Part shown: positions 25,666 to 39,296 of the stretch, one piece after another
Layout: each line of letters starts with the position of its first letter
How positions within the stretch are numbered: position 1 is the stretch's first letter
Source: Eledone cirrhosa
Lineage: Eukaryota
Length of the DNA: 64,000 nucleotides
Direction of reading: 5' to 3'
Assembly: GCA_964016885.1 (NCBI GenBank)
Contig: OZ024751.1
Coordinates: forward strand, 44,578,001-44,642,000
Position numbers and translations under genes: made by a program
The notes under the pieces: generated by a model
Told to the model about the DNA's origin: nothing
The model's input: only the letters and a program-made list of their open reading frames with translations
Database searches by the model: none

Positions 25666-26914
25666 CTGTGCGTGTGTGTATGTGCATGTAAGTGTATGTC
25701 AATGTATGTTAATGTATATTTGTCAATGTGTGTAGACATTCCATGAAATAGTGAATTAATAATTGTCAACCATATGCTCTCACAGAAACAACAATACATC
25801 TAATTGTATATAATTTCATGTTTTAAAATATATATAAATCAGATATACTTTAGTTTTATATCTTAATTCCATTCTTTACTATTACACCCATCTCCACCCG
25901 GTTTATATTATCGTGTACTATTCTCTATTAATTTGTTTTTAGTTTCAATGATAACATGGAAATCATTATTCGCTCTGCTTCTCAACCTCACTCTACAGTT
26001 CTTGATTCCAACGGTCTGTTTTAAACAGATCAACACCCCGCTCCTTTGTCTAAAAGTATTAATATTAATATTAATGTCTATCCTGTATCTGTTTCTGTTT
26101 AAACATAAACAAAGTCGTTTTGTTATGTGTCCATTTGTGTTTTATGTTTCTTGGTTCAATTCCTGCTGAAATTTTTGAACTGCTGTTGTGTTATTATTTT
26201 TTTTTACACTGTTTAATTGGGGAAAGCCAGGCAGAGCCCAAGACTGTTTGAAACTTGGGTAGCAGAGAGAGAAGGACGCATTCTGAAGTTGATGACCAAC
26301 CCAGAATGACTGCAACAGTGTGGACGTCACTCAAACGGCCAAAAGTTACCATTTAACCATTCACGTCGACATATTGTGGGGTTTTTTTTTAGTGGTTTTG
26401 CTGGAAAATGGCAATGCTTGCGACCTTTGTAAGATCTCACACGCGGCTAAGATTGATATTGGTTGATGTTTGGTTTGAATATATTTCAGTTGGTGTTTAC
26501 TGAAAAGAAAAGAAAGAGAGAAAATGTTGATAAGAAAGAAATTCTTATGGGTGTCTGACTGCGACTATGCATTTGTCCCGAAACAAGAACGATGATCGAT
26601 GAGGTAAGTATCAGGCCTGAATAAATAGGTACTGGAGGTCGATATGATCTATTAAATTCCTTCAAAGCACTAACACACACACATATATATATATATATAT
26701 TCAATTATTTTGTTTGATCTGTTTGGCTTGCCTCGTCTTTTTGGGTTAGGTCGTTGATGGCTTCTTGGCCGCCATCTCAGTTTGTTTGGCCTTTATAACC
26801 TATGTTTATTGCTCTGGTCTTTATTTGGTCCATGTAGCGCTTGCCAGCATAACTCGGATATTGCGTTTCGCTTTGTTCTCGACCACAGCCGAAATTCGAA
26901 TCTCGCTGAAATTA

Positions 26915-26967
<53 letters not shown>

Positions 26968-27012
26968 ACAATATTTCTTTCGACTCACCATTTCATATCA
27001 AAAACGTCGCAA

Positions 27013-27056
<44 letters not shown>

Positions 27057-27174
27057 TATATACATGAATATATATATATAGGCATATATATATATATATA
27101 TGCATATATACATGAATATATATATATAGGCATATATATATATATATATGCATATATACATGAATATATATATA

Positions 27175-27488
<314 letters not shown>

Positions 27489-27757
27489 ATATATATATAT
27501 ATATATGCATATATACATGCATATATATATATAGGAATATACACACACACACAGAGCGGAATAGATTTACTAACTGAAGAAGAGAGCCTACAACTCGTGT
27601 GTTTCAGTTTAAAAATTGTGTCAGTTTTTTTTAATAGACTCACTTAGAATTCCATGATTTAAACTTTCATAGACGTAAAAAACCCAAGTGAATTCGTCTG
27701 ATCGTTCAGAGATATATATGTTTATCTAACTAGCTATCTGTCTCTACGAGTCTACTT

Positions 27758-27873
<116 letters not shown>

Positions 27874-28080
27874 CAAAAAAGAAGAGTGACATGGTTTGCT
27901 ATACAATAAGGGCTTTATTCACATTGCTGACAATTGTTTCTCTGAACTGGTAGGTCTAGAGATCGCTACCCGCCTGTTTTTGCGTCAATCGATCACCAAT
28001 ACTTTGTTATAACCAATCAGTTGTTATAACCAGTCATCTAAGTGGACTACCTATAACAATAATTTGTTATCCCGTATATA

Positions 28081-28146
<66 letters not shown>

Positions 28147-29157
28147 TAGATAGATATGTTTCTTTATTAGCCACAGGGGCACAAAAGAAGAGGACAAATA
28201 CACAGGAGGAAGTTTACATACAATAAAAACGTGTAAAATATTATCACAAATATAGAGATATAGATCGATAGATAGATAGATAGATAGATTTATATATATA
28301 TATATGTGTGTGTGTGTGTATAACCATATTTTTTTCTCTAATAGATATCTGTATCTATTTGTATACAGCCTGCTCATAAGTTCTTAATCATTCTTGAATC
28401 CACGACCTCTTCTCGGTAGAACTATTTTGAGCTAAGTAGCTTCTCTACTTAGCGATCTTTACGTAGCTGACTTTAGTAATAATATGGTCATTAAGATAAT
28501 CGAAAACACAAGACACAGACGTCAAGTCGTATCACAGAAGATCATAAAAATACAATGACCGAATTCATCTGAAGGTTTGTCACAGACACTTGGTTTGTAT
28601 GTGTCGTCAGGATGTGTATACGTGTGACTGCGTGCGTCTCTCTCTCTCTCTCTCGGATGCTATCCACATGTTTATGTGGTATGTGTGTATCTGTGAGAGT
28701 GTGTATGTGTGACTGTATGTGGTGAGGGTGCGTAGCTTCATGGTTAACGTATTCGTCTCAGAATCGCATGGTCGTGATTTCGATTTCCTGTGTGGCGTTG
28801 TGTCAGGGCTGTGTGTACATATTGTGTTTGCGTCTCTCTCGTCTGTTCCTGGTTACTTTCTTTGGGCGACGGTGTGAGGGAAGTGGTGTTCTTGGTGTAT
28901 GTAGTAAAGGAGCATAGCTAAATAGTTAACATGTTCGACACATTGATCGTAAGGAAACCGGAATAAGGACCGGCTTGGTGAGCTTTCGGCTTTAAACAGA
29001 CTTTAACTAACTTACATTAATTATTTTGATACTATATTTCTAATGACAGATATTAAATATGATTTTCAAATAATTTTGAAAATATTCAAGGATATGGATA
29101 GATTTAGAATAAATAATTTTCTCATTTAAGTATGTTTTGAAACAGCGAGAGAGTTTG

Positions 29158-29365
29158 AAATTAGAAATAGAAACTTTCGCCGTATTTTTTGACTTAAGAA
29201 AATTTCAGCCCGACAGTGGGGTTTAGAACCCTCTAAGAAATGGATAAAGATGAGTATTGATCTTCAATACTCATTTTTACCATTTCTTAGAGGGTTCTAA
29301 ATCCCATTATCAGGCTGAAATTTTCTTAAGTAAAAAAATACGGCGAATGCTTCTATTTTTAATTT
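29158..29365. mobile_element. ~210-bp hairpin (fold-back) dispersed repeat, copy 1
   Basis: About 100-bp inverted arms around gagtattga-tct-tcaatactc; second copy at 60152-60399. Confidence 0.8.
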
Positions 29366-29459
29366 TCCCATTATCTATCTGGTGGTTCGAGCATAAATGC
29401 AATGTGCATGACAGGGTCGTACCTTTGTATTGCAGAAACAGCTCATTTTTGTCAGCTAA

Positions 29460-29580
29460 AGGACTGGACTGGAGCAATATGAAATAAATTGTTTTACTCA
29501 AGGAGACAACGTACCGACGGGAACTGAAATCACGACCTTACGATGGGGAATCAAACAGCCTAACCATTGAGCCACATATT
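29460..29580 (-). mobile_element. degenerate CORE-type tRNA SINE
   Basis: Reverse strand gtggctcaatggttagg...gtgatttcagttcc...cttgagtaaaacaatttatttca; related remnants at ~24500-24587 (-), 28726-28805 (+), 53585-53690 (+). Confidence 0.55.
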
Positions 29581-29783
29581 TGCATATGTGTACGTCTGTA
29601 ATTTGGAGATAAAATAACATTTTATCAAACAGAACCACCAATGAAGCAGATGTGAAATGTTGTCATCCGTGCTGATTTCACTATCATCTTAACACATATG
29701 ACTATCTGCGTCTGTGTATACATATTGAACGGGTTTATATATGTTGCATGAGATGTATGTAATATATACATAGACACAACGTT

Positions 29784-29870
<87 letters not shown>

Positions 29871-30350
29871 GTGTTTATGTGTTCATGTAAATGGGTTTAA
29901 ATGTGATTCATTAGGTGTATATAATATATACATAGACAAAACAAACTCATATTTATATGATGCATACATATAAATGTATATATGTGTGTGTAGGAGTATG
30001 TCAGGGTGCATGTGTGTGTGTGTGTGTGTGTGCATATATACAGGGTTGTTGGATTTAGGTAAAAGAAAATACAGGAGGATCAGTTAAATATGATTTTATT
30101 CAGCATACTCCCCTTATTTCAACGGCCCTACCACCCATATAGACATGCGAAGGAGACATACATATATAAATGTATATGATGGTATATATATATATAAATT
30201 TTGAGTATATGTTGGTTGTATACCAACACCTCAGTATGCAGATTGGAGCACTCGACGAAGTGCGCAGGTTGGTTTGGTTACTCCGGAGTAATGTAAAATA
30301 AAATAAATAAGTCAAATGTTTAAAATTTTTTTAATTTGGCTTCGTTTATT

Positions 30351-30405
30351 ACTGCTATATATATTTCAATGACAGCCATCTTTGGCTGTGACCCCTTCAG
30401 GCAGT
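30351..30405 (-). ncRNA. type I hammerhead-like motif (A9>G variant)
   Basis: Minus: actgc-CTGAAGG-ggtc-acagcc-aaagat-ggctgt-catt-GAAA-tatata-TA-gcagt. Perfect stem I, palindromic stem III, one core deviation. Confidence 0.62.
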
Positions 30406-30539
30406 CCGAATTAGTGTGGTAGAGACGAGTACACATGTTGTTGAGGTGTTTAACTTTGTCAATACTCTGATATGCCCAGTTCCTGGTTGGGTTGTTATTT
30501 CACTGAGGAACTGGAATCATATATGTATATATATATACA

Positions 30540-30569
<30 letters not shown>

Positions 30570-30570
<1 letters not shown>

Positions 30571-30788
30571 CAGTGGCGGACAGGGTCTAAAAATATTGGT
30601 TGCCAGATGAAGGGGACCCACCTACATATAAAATGCTATCATTTAATTTTTATAATGAATAAATAACATTTTCGAAAAATACATAGGTGGAAACAAAACA
30701 TTGCAATCAAATTTTTGCGGGAAAATATCTTACCTTCGCCAATAAACAATATTATGTATTTTGCGAAATCCAAAGACTTTCAATAATG
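30570..30788 (+). repeat. ~220-bp direct repeat starting CAGTGGCGGAC (DNA-transposon-like end), copy 1
   Basis: Repeated at 31530-31744; both start right after (TA)n. Confidence 0.75.
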
Positions 30789-30791
30789 ACC

Positions 30792-31230
30792 AGAAGTCGA
30801 CCCTAAATATTACTAAAAGCTTTAGGAAACCACATCTTTTAAACTTTGATTTTGAAAGTAGGTTTATAATTATCAATTTTCATTATGCGCTTGTAGCTGT
30901 CTCGGTGGCCTAGTTGGTGGAATCATAGATGGTGGTGATCCTGGTCTGAAGTTCGATCCTGTTCGGGAACAGGGTTCCCGGTAAACCTTTTCAGCTTTTT
31001 CCTATTGGTTGTAAAATAAAAACTGAAAAAAATGTTTCTCTTGACCAAGATTGAACCCAAAGCCAGGATCTCCACCGTCTCTAGTACCTACCGCTAGGCC
31101 ACAGAGACAACCACGAAAACCATATGAAAATTCATACTTATAAACCTACTTTCAAAATTTTCAAAATAAAGTGTTGGGGTGTCGTTCATGCCTTTCTTAA
31201 TGTTATTGCTCCTACTTAAGGTCGACTTCT
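30792..31230. mobile_element. diverged inverted-repeat element whose arms contain tRNA-like A/B boxes
   Basis: agaagtcgacc/ggtcgacttct, tttgaaagtaggtttataa/ttataaacctactttcaaa and tggcctag/ctaggcca pairs; tggcctagttgg and gttcgatcc boxes at ~30896-30970. Confidence 0.65.
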
Positions 31231-31529
31231 AAATCATTTGGGTGTTCCATAAAATACATCCTCGTTTTGTTTCGCATCTATCTAGACTACATTTTAACCT
31301 GTAGTCCATGTTTCATTTCTGTTCCACCTCATTTCACCTCCTCCTTCTCCTCCTTCTCTTCCTCCTCCTTCTTCTCTCTCTCTCTCTCTCTCTCTTTCTC
31401 TTTCTCTCTGTGATATTTGAATCTACTATTGATTTGGGCTTACTTTATTCATATATATATATATATGTCTTTGCATGTCAGTTAGATTCAAACTTACAAT
31501 GATTGGCATTATATATATATATATATATA

Positions 31530-31744
31530 CAGTGGCAGACTGGGTCTAAAAATATTGGTTGCCAGAAGGGGACCCACCTACATATAAAATGCTATCATTT
31601 AATTTTTTAAATGAATAAATAACATTTTCGAAAAATACACAAGAGGAAACAAAACATTGCAATCAAATTTTTGCGGAAGAATATCTTACTTTCTCCAATA
31701 AACAATATTATGTATTTTGCCAAATCCAGAGACTTTCAATAATT
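31530..31744 (+). repeat. direct repeat copy 2, cut off by a SINE
   Basis: High identity to 30570-30788. Confidence 0.75.
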
Positions 31745-32188
31745 GTTTCTTCAATTGGCACAAGGCCAGCAATCACCCCAGTGCATTACTGGTACTTTAT
31801 TTCATCGACCCCGTAAGGATGAAAGGCAAAGTTAACCTCGGCGGGATTTGAACTCAGAATGGCAAGGGCCGTAACTCTATGCATCAAAGCATGGCCTCCG
31901 ACTCTCTACCGATACTGCCAACCCACCACATATATATATATATATATATATGTATATGTATATATGTATATATATATGTATATATGTATATATATATATA
32001 TATATGGTGGGTTGGCAGTATCGGTAGAGGGTCGGAGGCCATGCTTTGATGCATAGAGTTACGGCCCTTGCCATTCTGAGTTCAAATCCCGCCGAGGTTA
32101 ACTTTGCCTTTCATCCTTACGGGGTCGATAAAATAAAGTACCAGTAATGCACTGGGGTGATTGCTGGCCTTGTGCCAAAAGTAGAAAC

Positions 32189-32192
<4 letters not shown>
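31741..32192. mobile_element. head-to-head inverted pair of tRNA-derived SINEs (31741-31929 minus, 32005-32192 plus) around a (TA)n spacer
   Basis: Arms nearly identical; mirrored ORFs 31859-32056 (+) and 31877-32074 (-). Confidence 0.92.
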
Positions 32193-32227
<35 letters not shown>

Positions 32228-32265
32228 CGAATCTATGAGATTTTGATATTATTTATTTATATATA

Positions 32266-32302
<37 letters not shown>

Positions 32303-32333
32303 ATATATATAATGATATATGTGTGTGTGTGTG

Positions 32334-32339
<6 letters not shown>

Positions 32340-32364
<25 letters not shown>

Positions 32365-32491
32365 GTGTATATATATAATGATATATGTATGTGTGTGTAT
32401 ATATATATATGTGTGTGTAATATTTTTTCTTTGATAGCGAAGTTCTCATATGTGTATAGTGTATAAACGTATAGCTTATGCATTCATATAG

Positions 32492-32550
<59 letters not shown>

Positions 32551-32551
32551 C

Positions 32552-32584
<33 letters not shown>

Positions 32585-32588
32585 TATG

Positions 32589-32661
<73 letters not shown>

Positions 32662-32788
32662 CTATATGAATGCATAAGCTATACGTTTATACACTATACA
32701 CATATGAGAACTTCGCTATCAAAGAAAAAATATTACACACACATATATATATATACACACACATACATATATCATTATATATATACAC

Positions 32789-32820
<32 letters not shown>
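32340..32820. repeat. long palindrome centred on (TA)n
   Basis: Unique ~75-bp core taatattttttctttgatagcgaag...gcattcatatagc is perfectly inverted across 32494-32660, along with the flanking microsatellite pattern. Confidence 0.92.
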
Positions 32821-32861
<41 letters not shown>

Positions 32862-32881
32862 CCGCATGGATGGCTGAATGG

Positions 32882-32914
<33 letters not shown>

Positions 32915-33219
32915 TGTATGTATGTATGTATGTATGTATATGCGGGGCACATGTAATATAATATTATATTATATATCTTTATATACCAAAATGAGAATGC
33001 AAAGAAAGAAAGTAGGAAAGAAGAGAAAGAAAGGAAGGAAGAAAGAAAGAAAGGTATCGTTTGTATCAGTGAATAAACCACACTACCAAATATCCGAACA
33101 AGATATTGGTCTCTATCTAAGATATTAAATATGTTGGAATGGTACACTTTACACTTGGGTGCTTACACATTAATGTGTGTTTGTCTTTCAGTGTGTGTGT
33201 ATGTATGTACGACAAGGTG

Positions 33220-33250
<31 letters not shown>

Positions 33251-33356
33251 ATATGTGTGTATGTATGTACGACTAGGTGTATATATATATATATATGTAT
33301 ATGTGTATATGTGTATATGTGTATATGTGTATATGTGTGTATGTATGTACGACAAG

Positions 33357-33444
<88 letters not shown>

Positions 33445-33629
33445 ACGACTAGGTGTATATATATATATATGTGTATATGTGTATATGTGTGTATGTATGT
33501 ACGACTAGGTGTATATATATATGTATATGTGAATATGTGTATGTGTGTGTATGTATGTACGACTAGGTGTATATATATATATGTGTGTATGTTAATAGTT
33601 ATGTCTGAGTGAGCGTTTATTGAGGTTAA

Positions 33630-33693
<64 letters not shown>

Positions 33694-33750
33694 GTGTGTG
33701 TGTGTGTGTGTTTATTTATTTTATTTTTTCTTCCTGTAAATCAGTTTTCG

Positions 33751-33785
<35 letters not shown>

Positions 33786-33854
33786 ATTGTTGTTGTTGTT
33801 GTTGCTGTTGTCATTTTGTTGCATTTGTCATCATTGTTATTATTATTATAAATA

Positions 33855-33898
<44 letters not shown>

Positions 33899-34165
33899 AT
33901 ATTTTTTCCATGGAAATATTTCGAAGATTAAAATCAAGAAAATGATTTTTTATTATTTCAATATGAAACATATTAAAAAAAAATGCTTATCTAAGCTTCC
34001 AACCTATTTAATCATTGCCACTCCCCACTCTATCCCACTCTATCCCTCTCTCAACCCTTCTCTCACTCTTTCTTTCTTTCTTTCGTTCTTTCGCACTCTT
34101 TCTTTCTTTCCCACTCTTTCTTTTCCCGTCTCCCAACAACTCACAGACACAATTATGTACGGACA

Positions 34166-34254
<89 letters not shown>

Positions 34255-34364
34255 GCGTGTGCGTGTATGTATGTGTGTATGTATGTGTGTGTGTGTGCAT
34301 GTGTGTGTGTGTGCATGTGTGTGTGTGTAACATGCAAATTATATACACACACACACACACACAC

Positions 34365-34441
<77 letters not shown>

Positions 34442-34685
34442 GTTTAGAAAACTTATTGAACTCAATTGAATATTTCAATAGGCATAACTGAATCAAGACC
34501 CCAAAAATGGGAAGTGAAGTGTATTTTGGAAAGGTTCAACCTCTTTGACCCCTTACGTTTGTAATTAATTCCAGGGTGTCCCTAGGAATATATCTATTAA
34601 AATGGCATATCCCGATAAAGGAAAAAGAATTTGATACATACATACATTATATATATATATACACACATATATATATGCTTATATA

Positions 34686-34717
<32 letters not shown>

Positions 34718-35607
34718 CTGTATATGCGTATGTGCATGTGTATATGCGCGTGTTTGTATTTGTGTGTGTTTGTGTTAGTGTGTGTATGTGTAAGTGTGTG
34801 TGTATGTGTGTGTGCCAGCGTATGTGTTTATGTAAATATAAATAGCGGAAGACCTCACCAGGAAAGTTTAGCTTAAACACTCCTACTTAATCTGTTTAAT
34901 ATAGAAGTAATCTATAATGTACCCTTGGTGAATCGTTTTCGATTTACACCGAATTCAACTTAATCTACGATGTTTCCGTCTCCCCGTTCACCAGACCTTA
35001 ACTCATCCTACAGTAATTTAATGAGTTGTCTTCCATAATGGCTTCTGGGATGGACATCCGTCGATTTCTACGATGCGCATTCCACTTATTCGACAATGTG
35101 TGTTTCATTTGTTTCGATCAACGGAACAATCTGCTCATCTCATTGATGTGTAAGTTGGCTGGGCATTCCATAGACACGAGTACTCTTAACGTAATTCTCA
35201 GGGACTTTCGGCGTAATGAAAAGAAGTTTTAACTACGCAATTTCACTGACAAGGCTCTGTACTCATATTCTACGGATACGTATTCCCTTAACGTTGTTCA
35301 CAGGGAGAGTCAAGGGGATAAAATGATTCTAACTACACAATTTCACTGACAAGTCACTAATTGGAGGAGGGAGTTGATTGTATCGACCCTCAGTATTTAA
35401 CTGGTACTTTGTTTTATCGACCTCTCAATGATAATATAAAAGTAAAGATGAGTACAACACAACCAGCATCACTGACACCATCCCAATATCACCAACACCA
35501 ACGCCACCCATAAAACAATTAAAAAAACGACGACAATAACAAGGATGACGACGACGACAACAACAACAACATCAGAGACGACTACATCAACAACAAAAGT
35601 AATAATA

Positions 35608-35936
35608 ATTATTTCTATTTTTAGCACAAGGCCAGCAAATACCCAGTGTATTACTGGTACTTTATTTTATTGACCCCGTAAGGATGAAAGTCAAAGTTAA
35701 CCTCGACGGGAATAATAATTGCTTCTACTTTAGGCACAAGGCCAACAATTTTAAGAGGAGGAGAAAGTCGATTAAATCTACGCCAGTGTATTACTGGTAC
35801 TTTATTTCATCGACCCTGTAAGGATGAAAGGCAAAGCTAACCTCGGCGGGATTTAAACTGAAACCATAAAAGACCGTAACTCTATGCTGCAAAGCATGCT
35901 GCCCCACGATCTACCGATTCTGCCATTCCACCACCC
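35608..35936 (-). mobile_element. two tandem tRNA-derived SINEs (truncated short form + full long form)
   Basis: Two gcacaaggcca...ttactggtactttattt...aaggatgaaag blocks; head at ~35936. Confidence 0.85.
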
Positions 35937-35941
35937 TGGAT

Positions 35942-36961
35942 TTGTAATAATAATAATGTCAATAATAATATCAATAATAGAGGAATAAACAAATAAATAT
36001 ACTTTGAACTCACATATTAAAGGGCCGTAACTCTATGCCGCAAAGTATGTTGTAATAATAATAATATCAATAATGGAGGAATAAACAAATAAATATACTT
36101 TGAACTCACATAATAAAGGGCCGTAACTCTATGCCGCAAAGTATGTTGTAATAATAATAATATCAATAATGGAGGAATAAACAAATAAATATACTTTGAA
36201 CTCACATAGTAAAGGGCCGTAACTCTATGCCGCAAAGTATGTTGTAATAATAATAATATCAATAATGGAGGAATAAACAAATAAATATACTTTGAACTCA
36301 CATAGTAAAGGGCCGTAACTCTATGCCGCAAAGTATGTTGTAATAATAATAATATCAATAATGGAGGAATAAACAAATAAATATACTTTGAACTCACATA
36401 GTAAAGGGCCGTAACTCTATGCCGCAAAGTATGTTGTAATAATAATAATATCAATAATGGAGGAATAAACAAATAAATATACTTTGAACTCACATAGTAA
36501 AGGGCCGTAACTCTATGCCGCAAAGTATGTTGTAATAATAATAATATCAATAATGGAGGAATAAACAAATAAATATACTTTGAACTCACATAGTAAAGGG
36601 CCGTAACTCTATGCCGCAAAGTATGTTGTAATAATAATAATATCAATAATGGAGGAATAAACAAATAAATATACTTTGAACTCACATATTAAAGGGCCGT
36701 AACTCTATGCCGCAAAGTATGTTGTAATAATAATAATATCAATAATGGAGGAATAAACAAATAAATATACTTTGAACTCACATAATAAAGGGCCGTAACT
36801 CTATGCCGCAAAGTATGTTGTAATAATAATAATATCAATAATGGAGGAATAAACAAATAAATATACTTTGAACTCACATAGTAAAGGGCCGTAACTCTAT
36901 GCCGCAAAGTATGTTGTAATAATAATAATATCAATAATGGAGGAATAAACAAATAAATATA
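35942..36961. repeat. 96-bp tandem satellite (~10.5 units) partly derived from SINE
   Basis: aagggccgtaactctatgccgcaaag recurs every 96 bp (32-aa periodic ORF). Confidence 0.95.
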
Positions 36962-37219
36962 CATACAAATAATTAGAATTGAAACCACCAAGAACCATCC
37001 CATAGCTGAATCTCTATTGAAACAGCTGCCCCGCTTTTGAGAACTAATAAGGGCTAACCGTCTCTAAAAAGACCCCCCATCGCCGGTTTCATAAGAGAGC
37101 CGAAGAAAGCTTCAAAGTCAACATTAAACAATCTAACGTATAAGTATTTTTGCAGCTGAAAACCTCCACGAATACAGAAAACGTATACACACATGCATAT
37201 GCATGTGTGTATATGTATA

Positions 37220-37272
<53 letters not shown>

Positions 37273-37447
37273 GTATATACGTATATATGTAGGTATGTAG
37301 CTATGTAGCTATGTAGGTATGTATCTATGTATATGTATATATATATATGCATATATATGTGTATATATATATATGTGTGTGCGTGTGTGTGAGTGTGTAT
37401 GTATGCATGTATGTATATAAATGTTTATGAATGTATATATATACGTG

Positions 37448-37508
<61 letters not shown>

Positions 37509-37854
37509 GTGTGTGAGTGTGTATGTGTGTATGTATAACATAAAAAAATATATATAAGTGTGCGTGTATTTATACACAAACACACACAAATATTTATATA
37601 TACATATATATTTCTATACACAGATATACACACGCATATCTATATGCGTGTATATGTAAAATCATTATTAATAGTATTTATATTAATAATATTCAACATA
37701 TTATTGCACATGTATAAATGTGGTTATTTACTTATACGTCCATGTGTGTCTTTGTGTGTTTCACGCGTACATCTGCCACCATAAATATCCTAGCGTACTC
37801 ATCTGATCACACACTATGTATGTTATGTATGTTATGTACGTATGTATGTATGTA

Positions 37855-38161
37855 TGTTGACTTGTTCTTCTTTTTGGTAAATATCATCTTGGTTAAGAGA
37901 GTGGCACTGGCTTTGTGCAGTGCCTTTGCTCACTATAAAAGCTTCACGGCACAGGTATTGCTTTATATCTGGAGATCTCTCTGCACTTGTCGTCACATGT
38001 ACCATGGGCCTAGCACTATGTGTCAATAATTGTCACAAGTGTAGTGTTTATACCAGAGTTGGCTGGACTAAAAAGTCACACTCGTTCAGCGCATCGGTAG
38101 GGGTTCTCCTACATGGATATAAAGTAGTGGCCGTACTCGAAAACGAGTTGGCAGCCACCAT
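37855..38161 (+). mobile_element. (TATG)n-associated dispersed retroposon (copy 2)
   Basis: Same 5' start and 3' end as copy 1, small internal deletions. Confidence 0.85.
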
Positions 38162-38191
38162 ATATATATATATATATATATATATGTATAC

Positions 38192-38222
<31 letters not shown>

Positions 38223-38300
38223 CATACATATATATATATATATAAATATATATATACATATATATACATACATATATATATATATTTATACATATATATA

Positions 38301-38493
38301 AGTTTATCCCGTGTTCAATCGGGGGTAACCACAGTAATTAAGGTACTCAATGCAAAGTAGAGTATAAATATTCAATATAGAATGGTGTCTACAGTTCTAC
38401 AGGACTAGAACTGTTTCATTCTGGACAGTCGGCTTCCTGGTGTTTTTTTCCTGAATGAAACAGTTCTAGTCCTGTAGAAGCCATTTCTATATT
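38301..38493. mobile_element. palindromic hammerhead element (copy 3, decayed)
   Basis: Same unique arm. Plus motif 38431-38482 keeps stem I ggcttc/gaagcc and GAAAcag...ctgTA, but the core reads CTGGTGT. Confidence 0.8.
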
Positions 38494-38503
38494 ATATATA
38501 CAG

Positions 38504-38536
<33 letters not shown>

Positions 38537-38941
38537 ATGTGTGTGTGTTAGCTAGTTCCAAATATATTATATATATATATTATATATATACGATGGAAAC
38601 TATATTTATAAAACCATATTTATTTCATTATAAATATAGTTTCCATTTATTAATATCGTATATCTACTCCAAAAATTTGTCGAGTGCTTTATATCAGTTA
38701 TAAAAATATTTACTTGTTGTATCCCAACAATTTTAAATAGAACTTTTGCATATATTATATATATATATATATGTTAGGTAATGCTTTTTAAGAGATTTCA
38801 AATTTTCAAATCTCATTTCATATCTTTTATCTATAACATCTCTGTCTAACGACCGATCCAGACGTTTATTATTATCGTCTGTGATCCAGAAACCTTTGGT
38901 AATGGAGTGGTGATATTTTGTGTTGTTCACTTTCTAATTAA

Positions 38942-39042
<101 letters not shown>

Positions 39043-39241
39043 TGTGTGTTTGTATGTATGTATATATGTATATGTGTGTGCATGTGTGTGTTTGTGTTTG
39101 TCAATCTATACACAAATACACAGTCGTATCAAGAGTTATGTCAAGAATAATGGTGGACATGCTTGCATAATATATATTAGTTTCAGTTATATGCTTAAAT
39201 GTGTGTAGACGTATTACTTATGTATAGATACACATATAAAA

Positions 39242-39296
<55 letters not shown>

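Noticed and set aside
27920-27975. Minus-strand GAAAcaattgTC resembling hammerhead stem III
   Set aside because: No CUGANGA box at the right distance and no stem I. Same problem for a similar remnant near 44140-44170.
30896-30970. Functional tRNA gene
   Set aside because: A/B boxes are present but I could not fold a proper cloverleaf; it is part of a repeat.
35942-36961. CRISPR-like array or 32-aa repeat protein
   Set aside because: Units are fully identical with no unique spacers, there are no cas genes, the context is eukaryotic, and the ORF is broken by stops.
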